From Halomicronema hongdechloris C2206 (GTDB lineage: Bacteria; Cyanobacteriota; Cyanobacteriia; Phormidesmidales; Phormidesmidaceae): a stretch of 32,000 bases of DNA. Numbering within the stretch: position 1 is the stretch's first letter; each line of letters starts with the position of its first letter. The stretch covers positions 1,440,001 to 1,472,000 of the forward strand of contig NZ_CP021983.2 in NCBI RefSeq assembly GCF_002075285.3. Direction: 5' to 3'. A model generated the notes under the pieces. That model saw only the letters and a program-made list of their open reading frames with translations. It was not told the origin of the DNA and did no database searches. Below, in pieces: positions 24,496-32,000 of the stretch. Position numbers and translations under genes: made by a program.

Positions 24496-25749
24496 ATGAA
24501 ATCTCTTATTTTGAGTACTTCGGACATTGAGGGGGGAGCTGCTAGGGCTGCCTATCGACTTCATCAGGGATTGCAGGCAATGGGCAGTCCCTCGCAGCTG
24601 TTAGTAAGAGCTAAATTTAGTGGCGACAAAAGTGTGATCGTTGAAAAATCAATGCTCACTAAGTTGGGGCCACCGATGAATACGCTGATGATGCGGCGAT
24701 ATCCCCAGCGGCAGCGCAAGTTGTTCTCATCCCAGTGGTTTCCGGATGCGATCGCATCTCAAGTTGCCCGTCTCAACCCCGACGTGGTCAATCTTCACTG
24801 GGTCAGCAATGGGTTCTTGCGCATTGAGACCCTAGCCAAACTGAAAAAACCCCTGTTTTGGACCTTGCAGGACATGTGGCCCTTCACCGGCGGCTGCCAC
24901 TATAGCGAGGCCTGCGATCGCTATCAACAGGCCTGTGGTCGCTGCCCCCAACTCAAAAGCAATCGTGAGCGTGATCTCTCTCGGTCAATATGGCAGCGTA
25001 AACGCAAGGCCTGGAAGGGCATTAACCTGACCATCGTCACCCCCAGCCATTGGATGGCAGATTGTGTCCGGGCTAGTTCTCTATTGCAGCATCGGCGGGT
25101 AGAAGTCATCCCGTTCTGTCTGGATACTTCACTATACCGCCCACTCCCCACAGCCTTGGCCCGTCAGGCCCTGAACCTGCCGGCAGACAAACGCCTCGTC
25201 TTATTTGGGGCCCTATCCGCCACTTCCGATCACCGCAAAGGCTTTCATCTACTTGTGCCGGCCCTGAAGCGCCTCAGTCAGCAAGCTCAGTGGCAAGACA
25301 CCGTTGAGTTGGCCGTCTTTGGTAGCTCTGCCCCGGCTACCCCTGTTGACCTAGGGTTCAAGGCCCATTACCTAGGCTCCTTTCAAGACGATCTAAGCTT
25401 GGCGTTGATTTACTCAGCCGCCGACGTCATGGTAGTGCCATCCCTCTACGAATCCTTCGGCCAGACCACTTCGGAAGCCCTAGCCTGCGGTACGCCAGTG
25501 GTTGCCTTCAATGCGACGGGGCCTAAAGATGTGGTCGACCACCAACTGAACGGATATCTGGCCAGCCCTTACGACGTCGACGATTTAGCCCATGGCATCG
25601 GCTGGATCTTGGCCGACCCGGAGCGACATCAACGGTTGAGTCTACAAGCGCGAGAAAAGGCAGAGCATGCTTTTCCCTTGCGGCGCCAAGCCCAGGCGTA
25701 CCTAACCCTATTTGAGCAGGTCCTGAGCCAGTCCGCTGCGACTGCTTAG
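24496..25749 (+). CDS. Glycosyltransferase family 4 (GT-B, retaining type), GC-rich host-like composition
   Basis: GGAARAAYRLHQGL N-terminus. C-terminal PSLYESFGQTTSEALACGTPVVAFNATGPKDVVDHQLNGYLA is an E-x7-E-type motif. It contains two HIP1 sites (24748-24755 and 24914-24921). Confidence 0.85.
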   Translation: MKSLILSTSDIEGGAARAAYRLHQGLQAMGSPSQLLVRAKFSGDKSVIVEKSMLTKLGPPMNTLMMRRYPQRQRKLFSSQWFPDAIASQVARLNPDVVNLHWVSNGFLRIETLAKLKKPLFWTLQDMWPFTGGCHYSEACDRYQQACGRCPQLKSNRERDLSRSIWQRKRKAWKGINLTIVTPSHWMADCVRASSLLQHRRVEVIPFCLDTSLYRPLPTALARQALNLPADKRLVLFGALSATSDHRKGFHLLVPALKRLSQQAQWQDTVELAVFGSSAPATPVDLGFKAHYLGSFQDDLSLALIYSAADVMVVPSLYESFGQTTSEALACGTPVVAFNATGPKDVVDHQLNGYLASPYDVDDLAHGIGWILADPERHQRLSLQAREKAEHAFPLRRQAQAYLTLFEQVLSQSAATA

Positions 25750-25765
25750 GGTTAGGATGTCGGGG

Positions 25766-26131
25766 TTAGGACGTCTCCAAGACCCCCTCTGGGGAAGGGG
25801 CCGTAGCTAATAGGGCATCTAAGCGGCCTTGGCGGTCTAGGGCGTAGAGCTGATCACAGCCACCAATATGCTGGTCGTTGACAAAGATCTGGGGCACCGT
25901 TTTGCGGCCGTGGGCCCGCTTAGCCATGCGCAACCGCGCCCCACCATCGCCGTCAATTTTGTACTCGGTGAAGGTGACGCCTTTCCACCACAGCAATAGC
26001 TTGGCTCGAATGCAATAGGGGCAGGTCTGCCAAGTATAGATTTCCACATGGGCTTTGATGGTTTCTGGGTGGCGACCCAGCCATTGGTTAATTCTGTGTT
26101 GAAGAGTCATGGCGATGGTGGCGTTTGACAC
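25766..26131 (-). CDS. Glutaredoxin (CPYC dithiol type) with a short N-terminal extension
   Basis: VEIYTWQTCPYCIRAKLLL...TVPQIFVNDQHIGGCDQL is a classic Grx fold signature. Confidence 0.85.
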   Translation of the reverse strand: MSNATIAMTLQHRINQWLGRHPETIKAHVEIYTWQTCPYCIRAKLLLWWKGVTFTEYKIDGDGGARLRMAKRAHGRKTVPQIFVNDQHIGGCDQLYALDRQGRLDALLATAPSPEGVLETS

Positions 26132-26459
26132 GACTAACAGTATCTTAGCGGACCCCCATGTCTCAGCATCAAGCTATAGCCACTGCCACAATATTTTGTG
26201 CGGTGGCGAGCCAGTCAGCCTCCCTAGATTGGGCCATGGGGCGATCAGTCATGTCCTAAGCTGACTGGCCAACGCTATAAATTGCCCCGATTGCCTAGGC
26301 ACCCCGAGGCTGCATTGAGATAAGGTTTATTGAGCTCTGTGAAGGCTGGTGGGATCTTCTGGCAAATTCGGGCATGCTAGGGCTATTAGCCGTGATCCCC
26401 AATCGCGATTATGCCCAGCCGGCTTCGTTATCTAGGCCCAGCGGCTACCGTCGACTTGG

Positions 26460-26996
26460 ATGGGATCACATGTTGCCAGGGATGAGCCCTCCATGACTGA
26501 CGCTATTACCCTCCCTATTGCTCCAGCCGGGCCCGGCACCGCTAGTGTCGCTGCTAACGTTGGGGAGACACGCCAAGAGGGAAGCGAGTACTTTTGGTTT
26601 CAGCGGGGCGTGCTGTTGGCGAATTCCCAGCAATATGCAGAGGCCTTAGTCGATTTCGAGGCTACCCTGGCCCTGTTTCCCACGCTGATAGAGGCATTGC
26701 TCTACCAAGGCGTATGCCGGCTGCATCTGCGACAGCCAGCAGCGGCCCTAGCGAGTTGCGATCGCATCCTAACCCTAGTTCCCCATCATACCCAGGCCCT
26801 GCTATTCCGTGGCGTCGCCCTGCAGCAGCTAGGCCAGTATCGTCAGGCTTATGCTGTTTATGACCAAGCCCTTGAGGGTTTCTGTTGTCCTCTGCAGCAG
26901 CACTGGTGGCATCATCTGCCCTCCCTAATCACTCCCTGGCAATCTCTCTGGAACCATATCCTCTCCAGTCGCCATTCTGTTAAGCCTCTCAGCTAG
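26460..26996 (+). CDS. TPR-repeat protein
   Basis: Three consecutive 34-residue-like units (ANSQQYAEALVDFEATLALFP..., EALLYQGVCRLHLRQPAAALASCDRILTLVP..., QALLFRGVALQQLGQYRQAYAVYDQAL). An alternative start is ATG 26493. Confidence 0.6.
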   Translation: MGSHVARDEPSMTDAITLPIAPAGPGTASVAANVGETRQEGSEYFWFQRGVLLANSQQYAEALVDFEATLALFPTLIEALLYQGVCRLHLRQPAAALASCDRILTLVPHHTQALLFRGVALQQLGQYRQAYAVYDQALEGFCCPLQQHWWHHLPSLITPWQSLWNHILSSRHSVKPLS

Positions 26997-27257
26997 AGAG
27001 TTGCCGGATTCCAGGAATGCGGCTGCAGAAATGCCAAATTTGGTAGAGGCGTTAGCATTTTCCATTAGATACACTTAGCTAGGCTGAGCCAGTCCAGCCC
27101 CAGATCCGTTGGTTTGCTGAAAGCAACCCTCTAGTCCGGACCTGGGCGATCTAACGTCTGATGCCCTCGTCGGCCTCCTGCAAAGCCAAGATTCATTGGC
27201 AAAACCAGGAATGCCAGCGAGTCTACCGTTGCCCTGACCCATCACTCACTGTCTTAT

Positions 27258-29507
27258 ATGGTTTGTCAAACCCCCATTGATCAAATCAAACGCATCACAG
27301 AAAACCAGCATGACAATCCCTTCGAGATCCTGGGATCCCATGTGCTTGAGGACCAGGATCATCACAAGCGTTGGGTAGTGCGAGCCTTTTTGCCCAATGC
27401 CGATGCCGTCTGGGTGATCAATCCGGAAGCACGCCGTCAGCATCCCATGCAGTCCGTCCATCATCCTCATTTCTTTGAATGTGAGGTCGAAGCTGATGAA
27501 CTGGCCATGAACTATCTCCTCAAGATCAAGGAAGGAGAGCACGAGCGGGTAATCCATGACCCCTATGCCTTCAAGACCCCCCTGCTGACAGACTACGACA
27601 TTTACCTATTCGGCGAGGGCAATCACCATCGCATCTATGAAAAGATGGGAGCCCATCCCGTGGAAGTCGACGGAGTTGCCGGTGTCTACTTTTCCGTCTG
27701 GGCTCCGAATGCCCGTAATGTCTCCATTATTGGCGACTTCAACCAGTGGGATGGCCGCAAACATCAAATGCGGCGGCTGAACGGTGGCGTCTGGGATCTA
27801 TTCATTCCTGAGTTAACGGCCGGGACAACCTACAAGTACGAGATTAAAAATCCAGCCGGTCATCTTTACTACAAGTCAGATCCCTACGGTTTCCAGCAGG
27901 AAGTGCGCCCGAACACGGCCTCTGTCGTCAACGATCTGGAATACACCTGGGGGGATGACGATTGGCTCGAGGCTCGTCGCCACCAGGACCCGCAGCAAGA
28001 GCCGATTTCTGTCTACGAAGTGCATTTGGGCTCCTGGCTCCACGCCAGTGCTGACCAGCCCCCCGAGCCAGGAGAGGTGGTTCGAGTCTCCCAGAAGCCA
28101 GAGGGGCGATTTCTCACCTATCGGGAACTAGCCCATACCCTGGTTCCCTACGCGAAAGAGCTGGGGTACACTCACATTGAAGTGCTGCCTGTAGCCGAGC
28201 ATCCCTATGACGGCTCTTGGGGCTATCAGGTAGCCGGGCACTACGCCCCGACGTCCCGATTTGGCACCCCCCAGGACTTTATGTATTTTGTCGATCAGTG
28301 CCATCAGCAGGGCCTAGGGGTCATTGTCGACTGGGTGCCTGGGCATTTTCCCAAAGACAGTCACGGGCTCGCCTGCTTTGACGGCTCTCATCTCTATGAA
28401 CACGCCGATCCTCGCAAAGGGGAACACAAGGGCTGGGGCACCCTGGTCTTCAACTACTCCCGGCGCGAGGTCAGCAACTTTTTGATTGCCAACGCCCTGT
28501 TTTGGTTTGACAAGTACCACATCGATGGTATTCGGGTCGATGCCGTGGCCTCGATGTTGTATCTGGACTACGATCGCAAAGACGGGGAGTGGGTGCCGAA
28601 CCGTTTCGGGGGCAACGAGAATTTAGAGGTCGTCGACTTCCTGCGGCAGCTCAACTATCTAATTTTTGGCTACTATCCAGGGGTGCTCTCCATTGCGGAG
28701 GAATCCACGGCCTGGCCCAATGTGTCGCGGCCTACCTACATTGGCGGCCTGGGCTTCAACCTGAAGTGGAACATGGGCTGGATGCACGACATGTTGGACT
28801 ACTTCAGCACCGATCCCCTCTATCGTCGCTATCACCAAAACCACATTACCTTTTCCATCTGGTACGCCTTCAGTGAAAACTTCATGTTGGCCCTCTCCCA
28901 CGATGAGGTGGTCCATGGCAAGGGCAATCTCTACCAAAAGATGCCGGGAGATGAGTGGCAGAAACTGGCCAACCTGCGCGCACTCTACGGCTACATGTAC
29001 ACTCACCCTGGCAAGAAGACCCTGTTCATGGGCATGGAGTTTGGCCAGACCAGCGAATGGAACTGCTGGCTAGACCTCGATTGGGGATTGTTAAACCAGA
29101 TTCCCCATCAACAGCTGAAGCAGTTTATCGGTGACTTGAATGCTCTGTACAAGAGTCAGCCGGCCCTCTACACCGATGATTTCTCTGCCGCCGGGTTTGA
29201 GTGGATTGATTGCAACGATGCTGACAACAGCGTGGTGTCGTTTATCCGCCAAGCTAAGGACTCCCCGGACTTCCTCGTGACGGTGTGTAACTTTACCCCG
29301 ACCCCACTCTTTGACTATTGGGTCGGGGTACCTGAACCCGGCCACTACCAGGAGCTGATTAACAGCGACGCCGAGATCTATGGCGGTAGCGACACGGGCA
29401 ATTTTGGCGGCAAAGACACCCAGCCCTGGCCGGAGAATCCCCGCTGGCCCCATGCCCTCAGCTTGACCTTGCCTCCCCTGGGGGTGCTGGTATTGAAGCT
29501 GTCTTAG
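27258..29507 (+). CDS. glgB: 1,4-alpha-glucan branching enzyme
   Basis: Full-length GH13 branching enzyme: [85 protein letters not shown]. Confidence 0.95.
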   Translation: MVCQTPIDQIKRITENQHDNPFEILGSHVLEDQDHHKRWVVRAFLPNADAVWVINPEARRQHPMQSVHHPHFFECEVEADELAMNYLLKIKEGEHERVIHDPYAFKTPLLTDYDIYLFGEGNHHRIYEKMGAHPVEVDGVAGVYFSVWAPNARNVSIIGDFNQWDGRKHQMRRLNGGVWDLFIPELTAGTTYKYEIKNPAGHLYYKSDPYGFQQEVRPNTASVVNDLEYTWGDDDWLEARRHQDPQQEPISVYEVHLGSWLHASADQPPEPGEVVRVSQKPEGRFLTYRELAHTLVPYAKELGYTHIEVLPVAEHPYDGSWGYQVAGHYAPTSRFGTPQDFMYFVDQCHQQGLGVIVDWVPGHFPKDSHGLACFDGSHLYEHADPRKGEHKGWGTLVFNYSRREVSNFLIANALFWFDKYHIDGIRVDAVASMLYLDYDRKDGEWVPNRFGGNENLEVVDFLRQLNYLIFGYYPGVLSIAEESTAWPNVSRPTYIGGLGFNLKWNMGWMHDMLDYFSTDPLYRRYHQNHITFSIWYAFSENFMLALSHDEVVHGKGNLYQKMPGDEWQKLANLRALYGYMYTHPGKKTLFMGMEFGQTSEWNCWLDLDWGLLNQIPHQQLKQFIGDLNALYKSQPALYTDDFSAAGFEWIDCNDADNSVVSFIRQAKDSPDFLVTVCNFTPTPLFDYWVGVPEPGHYQELINSDAEIYGGSDTGNFGGKDTQPWPENPRWPHALSLTLPPLGVLVLKLS

Positions 29508-30877
29508 CAGTGCTCGAGGCACAGTCGGCGGAAATGATCGCCCCGCACCTCGAAGTCAGGGTATTGATCAAAGCTGGCACAGGCTGGAGACAATAGCACG
29601 GTGCGAGCCTGCTGGGCTGGGGCTAAATCCCGAGCTCGGACCAGGGCTCGCTTCATGGTGTCGACAATTTCATAAGCCGTGTAGCCCACCTCGTCGAGGC
29701 GGTGGGCCAAGTCGGGGGCCGCCGTTCCGATCAATAAAACGGTAGCCACCTTTTTCTGAATCAACTGGAGCCATGCCTGGTCGTCCCCAGGTTTGGCGTC
29801 TCCCCCGGCGATTAAAACTACCGGGGCTGTCACCGACTGGAGGCCGACGGCGGCAGCATCATAGTTGGTTGCTTTGCTGTCGTTGATGAAGTCGATGGAT
29901 TGCCAAGTGCAGATATGCTCGAGGCGATGGGGCACCCCTGAAAAATTGGCCACGGCAGCTGCGATCGCAGCGGGTGCGATATCGGCTAGATGGGCAGCGG
30001 TCACGGCCAGCAACAGATTTTGCCAGTTATGCTGTCCCACCATTTGGAAGGCATCGACTGCGACGATGGGCTGTCCTTGGCAGATGACCCAGCCACCTTC
30101 TAAGTAGGTGATGGGACCGGTGGTGGCCTGGCCGGAGCCATGGGTAGGAGCTGAAGTCAGGGGGACCTTGCCGGCGATGCTGGTCCAATATCCCTGGGAA
30201 AAGTGGTCAGGAATACGGCGCCGCAAAAAGGGGTCATCTCCATTGAAGACCCTGGCTTCGCAGCGATGCAGCAGCGAGGCTTTAATGGCAAAGTAATTGT
30301 CTAGGGAATAGTGGCGCTGGAGATGATCGGGGGTGAAGGTGGTCCATAGGCCAATTTGGGGAGCCAGGGTGGCGGCGGCCTCGATCTGATAGCTGCTGAC
30401 CTCTGCAATCACCCAATCGGGTACCTGATCACTCAGGGCCAGTTCACAGGCAGCGTAGCCAATGTTGCCACAGGCGGGGGCACGGAACCCGGCAGCTTGG
30501 AAGATAGCTGCAGTCAGGGCAGTGGTGGTGGTCTTACCATTGGTGCCAGTGATGCCGACCCAGGGCCGATCCTTCAAGAAGCGCCAGGCCAGTTCCATTT
30601 CGCCGATGACTTCTAGCCCCTGCTCCCGGGCGGCGATAAGGGCAGGGCTATCCCACGGCACGCCCGGACTGACCACCACCAGATTGACGGCTTCGCTGGG
30701 GTCGAAGCTATAGCCTAGGCGCACGGTAATGCCAGCGGTTTCTAGGGCGCTCTGCTGGTCCAGCCAGCGAGGAGCCGGGTTGCGATCGCTTAAGACGACG
30801 TGCCAGCCATCTTGATGCAGCAATCGGGCGGCGGCAATGCCGGATCTGCCAAGGCCAATTACGTGGGCATTATTCAT
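29504..30877 (-). CDS. murD: UDP-N-acetylmuramoyl-L-alanine--D-glutamate ligase
   Basis: [15 protein letters not shown] (Rossmann), [12 protein letters not shown] (P-loop), [16 protein letters not shown], and a Mur ligase C-terminal domain. The start lies 3 nt downstream of the glyS stop, so the two likely form an operon. Confidence 0.9.
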   Translation of the reverse strand: MNNAHVIGLGRSGIAAARLLHQDGWHVVLSDRNPAPRWLDQQSALETAGITVRLGYSFDPSEAVNLVVVSPGVPWDSPALIAAREQGLEVIGEMELAWRFLKDRPWVGITGTNGKTTTTALTAAIFQAAGFRAPACGNIGYAACELALSDQVPDWVIAEVSSYQIEAAATLAPQIGLWTTFTPDHLQRHYSLDNYFAIKASLLHRCEARVFNGDDPFLRRRIPDHFSQGYWTSIAGKVPLTSAPTHGSGQATTGPITYLEGGWVICQGQPIVAVDAFQMVGQHNWQNLLLAVTAAHLADIAPAAIAAAVANFSGVPHRLEHICTWQSIDFINDSKATNYDAAAVGLQSVTAPVVLIAGGDAKPGDDQAWLQLIQKKVATVLLIGTAAPDLAHRLDEVGYTAYEIVDTMKRALVRARDLAPAQQARTVLLSPACASFDQYPDFEVRGDHFRRLCLEHC

Positions 30878-30880
30878 TGA

Positions 30881-32000
30881 TCAACTTTTAACAATGGCAC
30901 CAAAGTCTGCCAATACGCGGGCATGATTACGCAGCAAGCCCAGGAGATTAAGTCGATTGCGGCGAATGGCTGCATCCTCAGCCATCACCAGCACGCTATC
31001 TGGCCCATCAAAGAAACGACTAACCACAGGGGTGGCTTGTTCTAAGCCAGCCACTAACTGACTGTAGTCCCGCTGGGCTTGGGCTGCCTGGGTTTGGGGC
31101 AATAGGGTCTGCAACGTTGCCAAGAAGGCCTGTTCTGAGGGTTGCTGAAACTGATCTGGGTCAACCACTGGTGTGGGATCGAGTATGTCGGTGTCGAGGT
31201 CCCCTTGGGCCGCTAGGCGAGTGGCCCGATTCACCGTCTCATAGATTCGCTCCAGGGTGCCATCTGAGCGCATGGCGTGTAGAAAACGGGCCCGGTCCCG
31301 GGCATCGAGCAGATCGCTCAGCATCCGTTGGGCATAGTCGGCATCAGCGTCTCCTAGCACGGCGTTGACTAGGTCATAGTCGATGGCTAACTCGTCCTGC
31401 AGCAGCGTCCGTATCCGTTGCAGGAAAAAGTCTTGCAACTGCTGCTCTAACTCCTTGGGCTGGGCCACGGTCAGGTTGGGATTCGCCGTAAAGTCTGCGA
31501 TCACGGTTACCAGGAGCTGCTCTAGGTTGATGGGCAACTCGGCTGTCCAGGTGACATTGACAATGGCATTGGCGGCTCGACGCAGGGCAAAGGGATCGGA
31601 GGAGCCGCTGGGTAACTGCCCTAGGCTAAAAATTCCCACCAGGGTATCGAGGCGATCGGCCATCCCCACTACTTGACCGGCGAGGGTTTGGGGTAGGGGG
31701 TCGTCGGCGCCGCGGGGCAGGTAATGTTCGGCGATGGCCACGGCCACGGCATCGGCTTCCCCCTGGTGGCGGGCGTATTTTTCCCCCATGATGCCTTGAA
31801 GCTCAGGAAATTCCCCCACCATCTGGGTGACTAGGTCGGCTTTACACAGTTGGGCCGCCCGTTGGATGACTTGCCGTTCGGGGGCGGCCAGGGACAGCTG
31901 GGTGGCGATGTGATCGGCGATGGCGACGATCCGGTCGACCTTATCGGCCATGGAGCCCAGCCGTTCTTCGAAGGTGACCTGATGAAGTCGCTTGCTGAAG
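30881..32000 (-). CDS. glyS: Glycine--tRNA ligase beta subunit, C-terminal part (gene runs off the right edge)
   Basis: [24 protein letters not shown] and [14 protein letters not shown] blocks. The reverse frame stays open from 31951 to the window end (...[21 protein letters not shown]), so the Met in the ORF track is internal. Confidence 0.85.
   Translation of the reverse strand, partial: FSKRLHQVTFEERLGSMADKVDRIVAIADHIATQLSLAAPERQVIQRAAQLCKADLVTQMVGEFPELQGIMGEKYARHQGEADAVAVAIAEHYLPRGADDPLPQTLAGQVVGMADRLDTLVGIFSLGQLPSGSSDPFALRRAANAIVNVTWTAELPINLEQLLVTVIADFTANPNLTVAQPKELEQQLQDFFLQRIRTLLQDELAIDYDLVNAVLGDADADYAQRMLSDLLDARDRARFLHAMRSDGTLERIYETVNRATRLAAQGDLDTDILDPTPVVDPDQFQQPSEQAFLATLQTLLPQTQAAQAQRDYSQLVAGLEQATPVVSRFFDGPDSVLVMAEDAAIRRNRLNLLGLLRNHARVLADFGAIVKS

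Noticed and set aside
24924-26863. Shadow ORFs 24924-25151 (-), 25837-26049 (-) and 26594-26863 (+)
   Set aside because: They are off-frame or antisense within the GC-rich GT4, glutaredoxin and TPR genes, and their composition is Arg/Pro/Ala/Ser-rich, as is typical of such artefacts.
27246-31676. Numerous ORFs overlapping glgB, murD and glyS (for example 27246-27557, 28314-29522, 29865-30713, 31117-31676)
   Set aside because: All overlap genes with full-length, unmistakable family signatures. These are high-GC shadow ORFs.
1-32000. Search by eye for CRISPR arrays, tRNA/rRNA genes, integrase or att-like direct repeats at the island borders, and defence-system hallmarks (nucleases, ATPases, toxin-antitoxin pairs)
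   Set aside because: I found no regularly spaced direct repeats, no cloverleaf-like or rRNA-like sequence, and no integrase or recombinase apart from the IS630 transposase. I found no matching repeats between 5127-5598 and 24360-24495. Absence by eye is not proof, and a tRNAscan/Infernal/repeat-finder run would settle it.

Overview
This looks like a cyanobacterial chromosome segment. The flanks (1-5126 and about 24500-32000) are GC-rich, carry the HIP1 octamer GCGATCGC, and encode housekeeping genes: a J-domain/pentapeptide-repeat protein, a PAS histidine kinase, glutaredoxin, a TPR protein, glgB, murD and glyS. Between about 5127 and 24495 lies a roughly 19 kb AT-rich, HIP1-poor block. All its genes are on the + strand except an IS630 transposase, and it looks like a horizontally acquired glycan synthesis and decoration island. 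An IS630 element (13665-14811) splits the island into two modules. Module A (5599-13623) encodes an FkbH-type loader, an acyl carrier protein, an AlgI/DltB-type MBOAT, two tandem paralogous membrane-anchored SGNH/DltD/AlgJ-like proteins and a MaoC-hotdog/SDR fusion. I read it as a Dlt-like, carrier-protein-dependent extracytoplasmic acylation system that has no adenylating ligase. Module B (15390-24359) opens with a four-gene cassette that follows the Kdo pathway logic: sugar-phosphate rearrangement, PEP aldolase, phosphatase, CMP activation. Only the KdsB step is orthologous. The other three steps are filled by an RPE-barrel/CBS fusion, a type I-beta DAHP-synthase-like enzyme and a HAD-IA phosphatase. 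Two GT-B proteins, an extended SDR epimerase whose catalytic Tyr is Phe, and an AT3 O-acyltransferase follow. I saw no rRNA, tRNA or CRISPR array. All functional calls rest on motif recognition by eye, and no database search was run.
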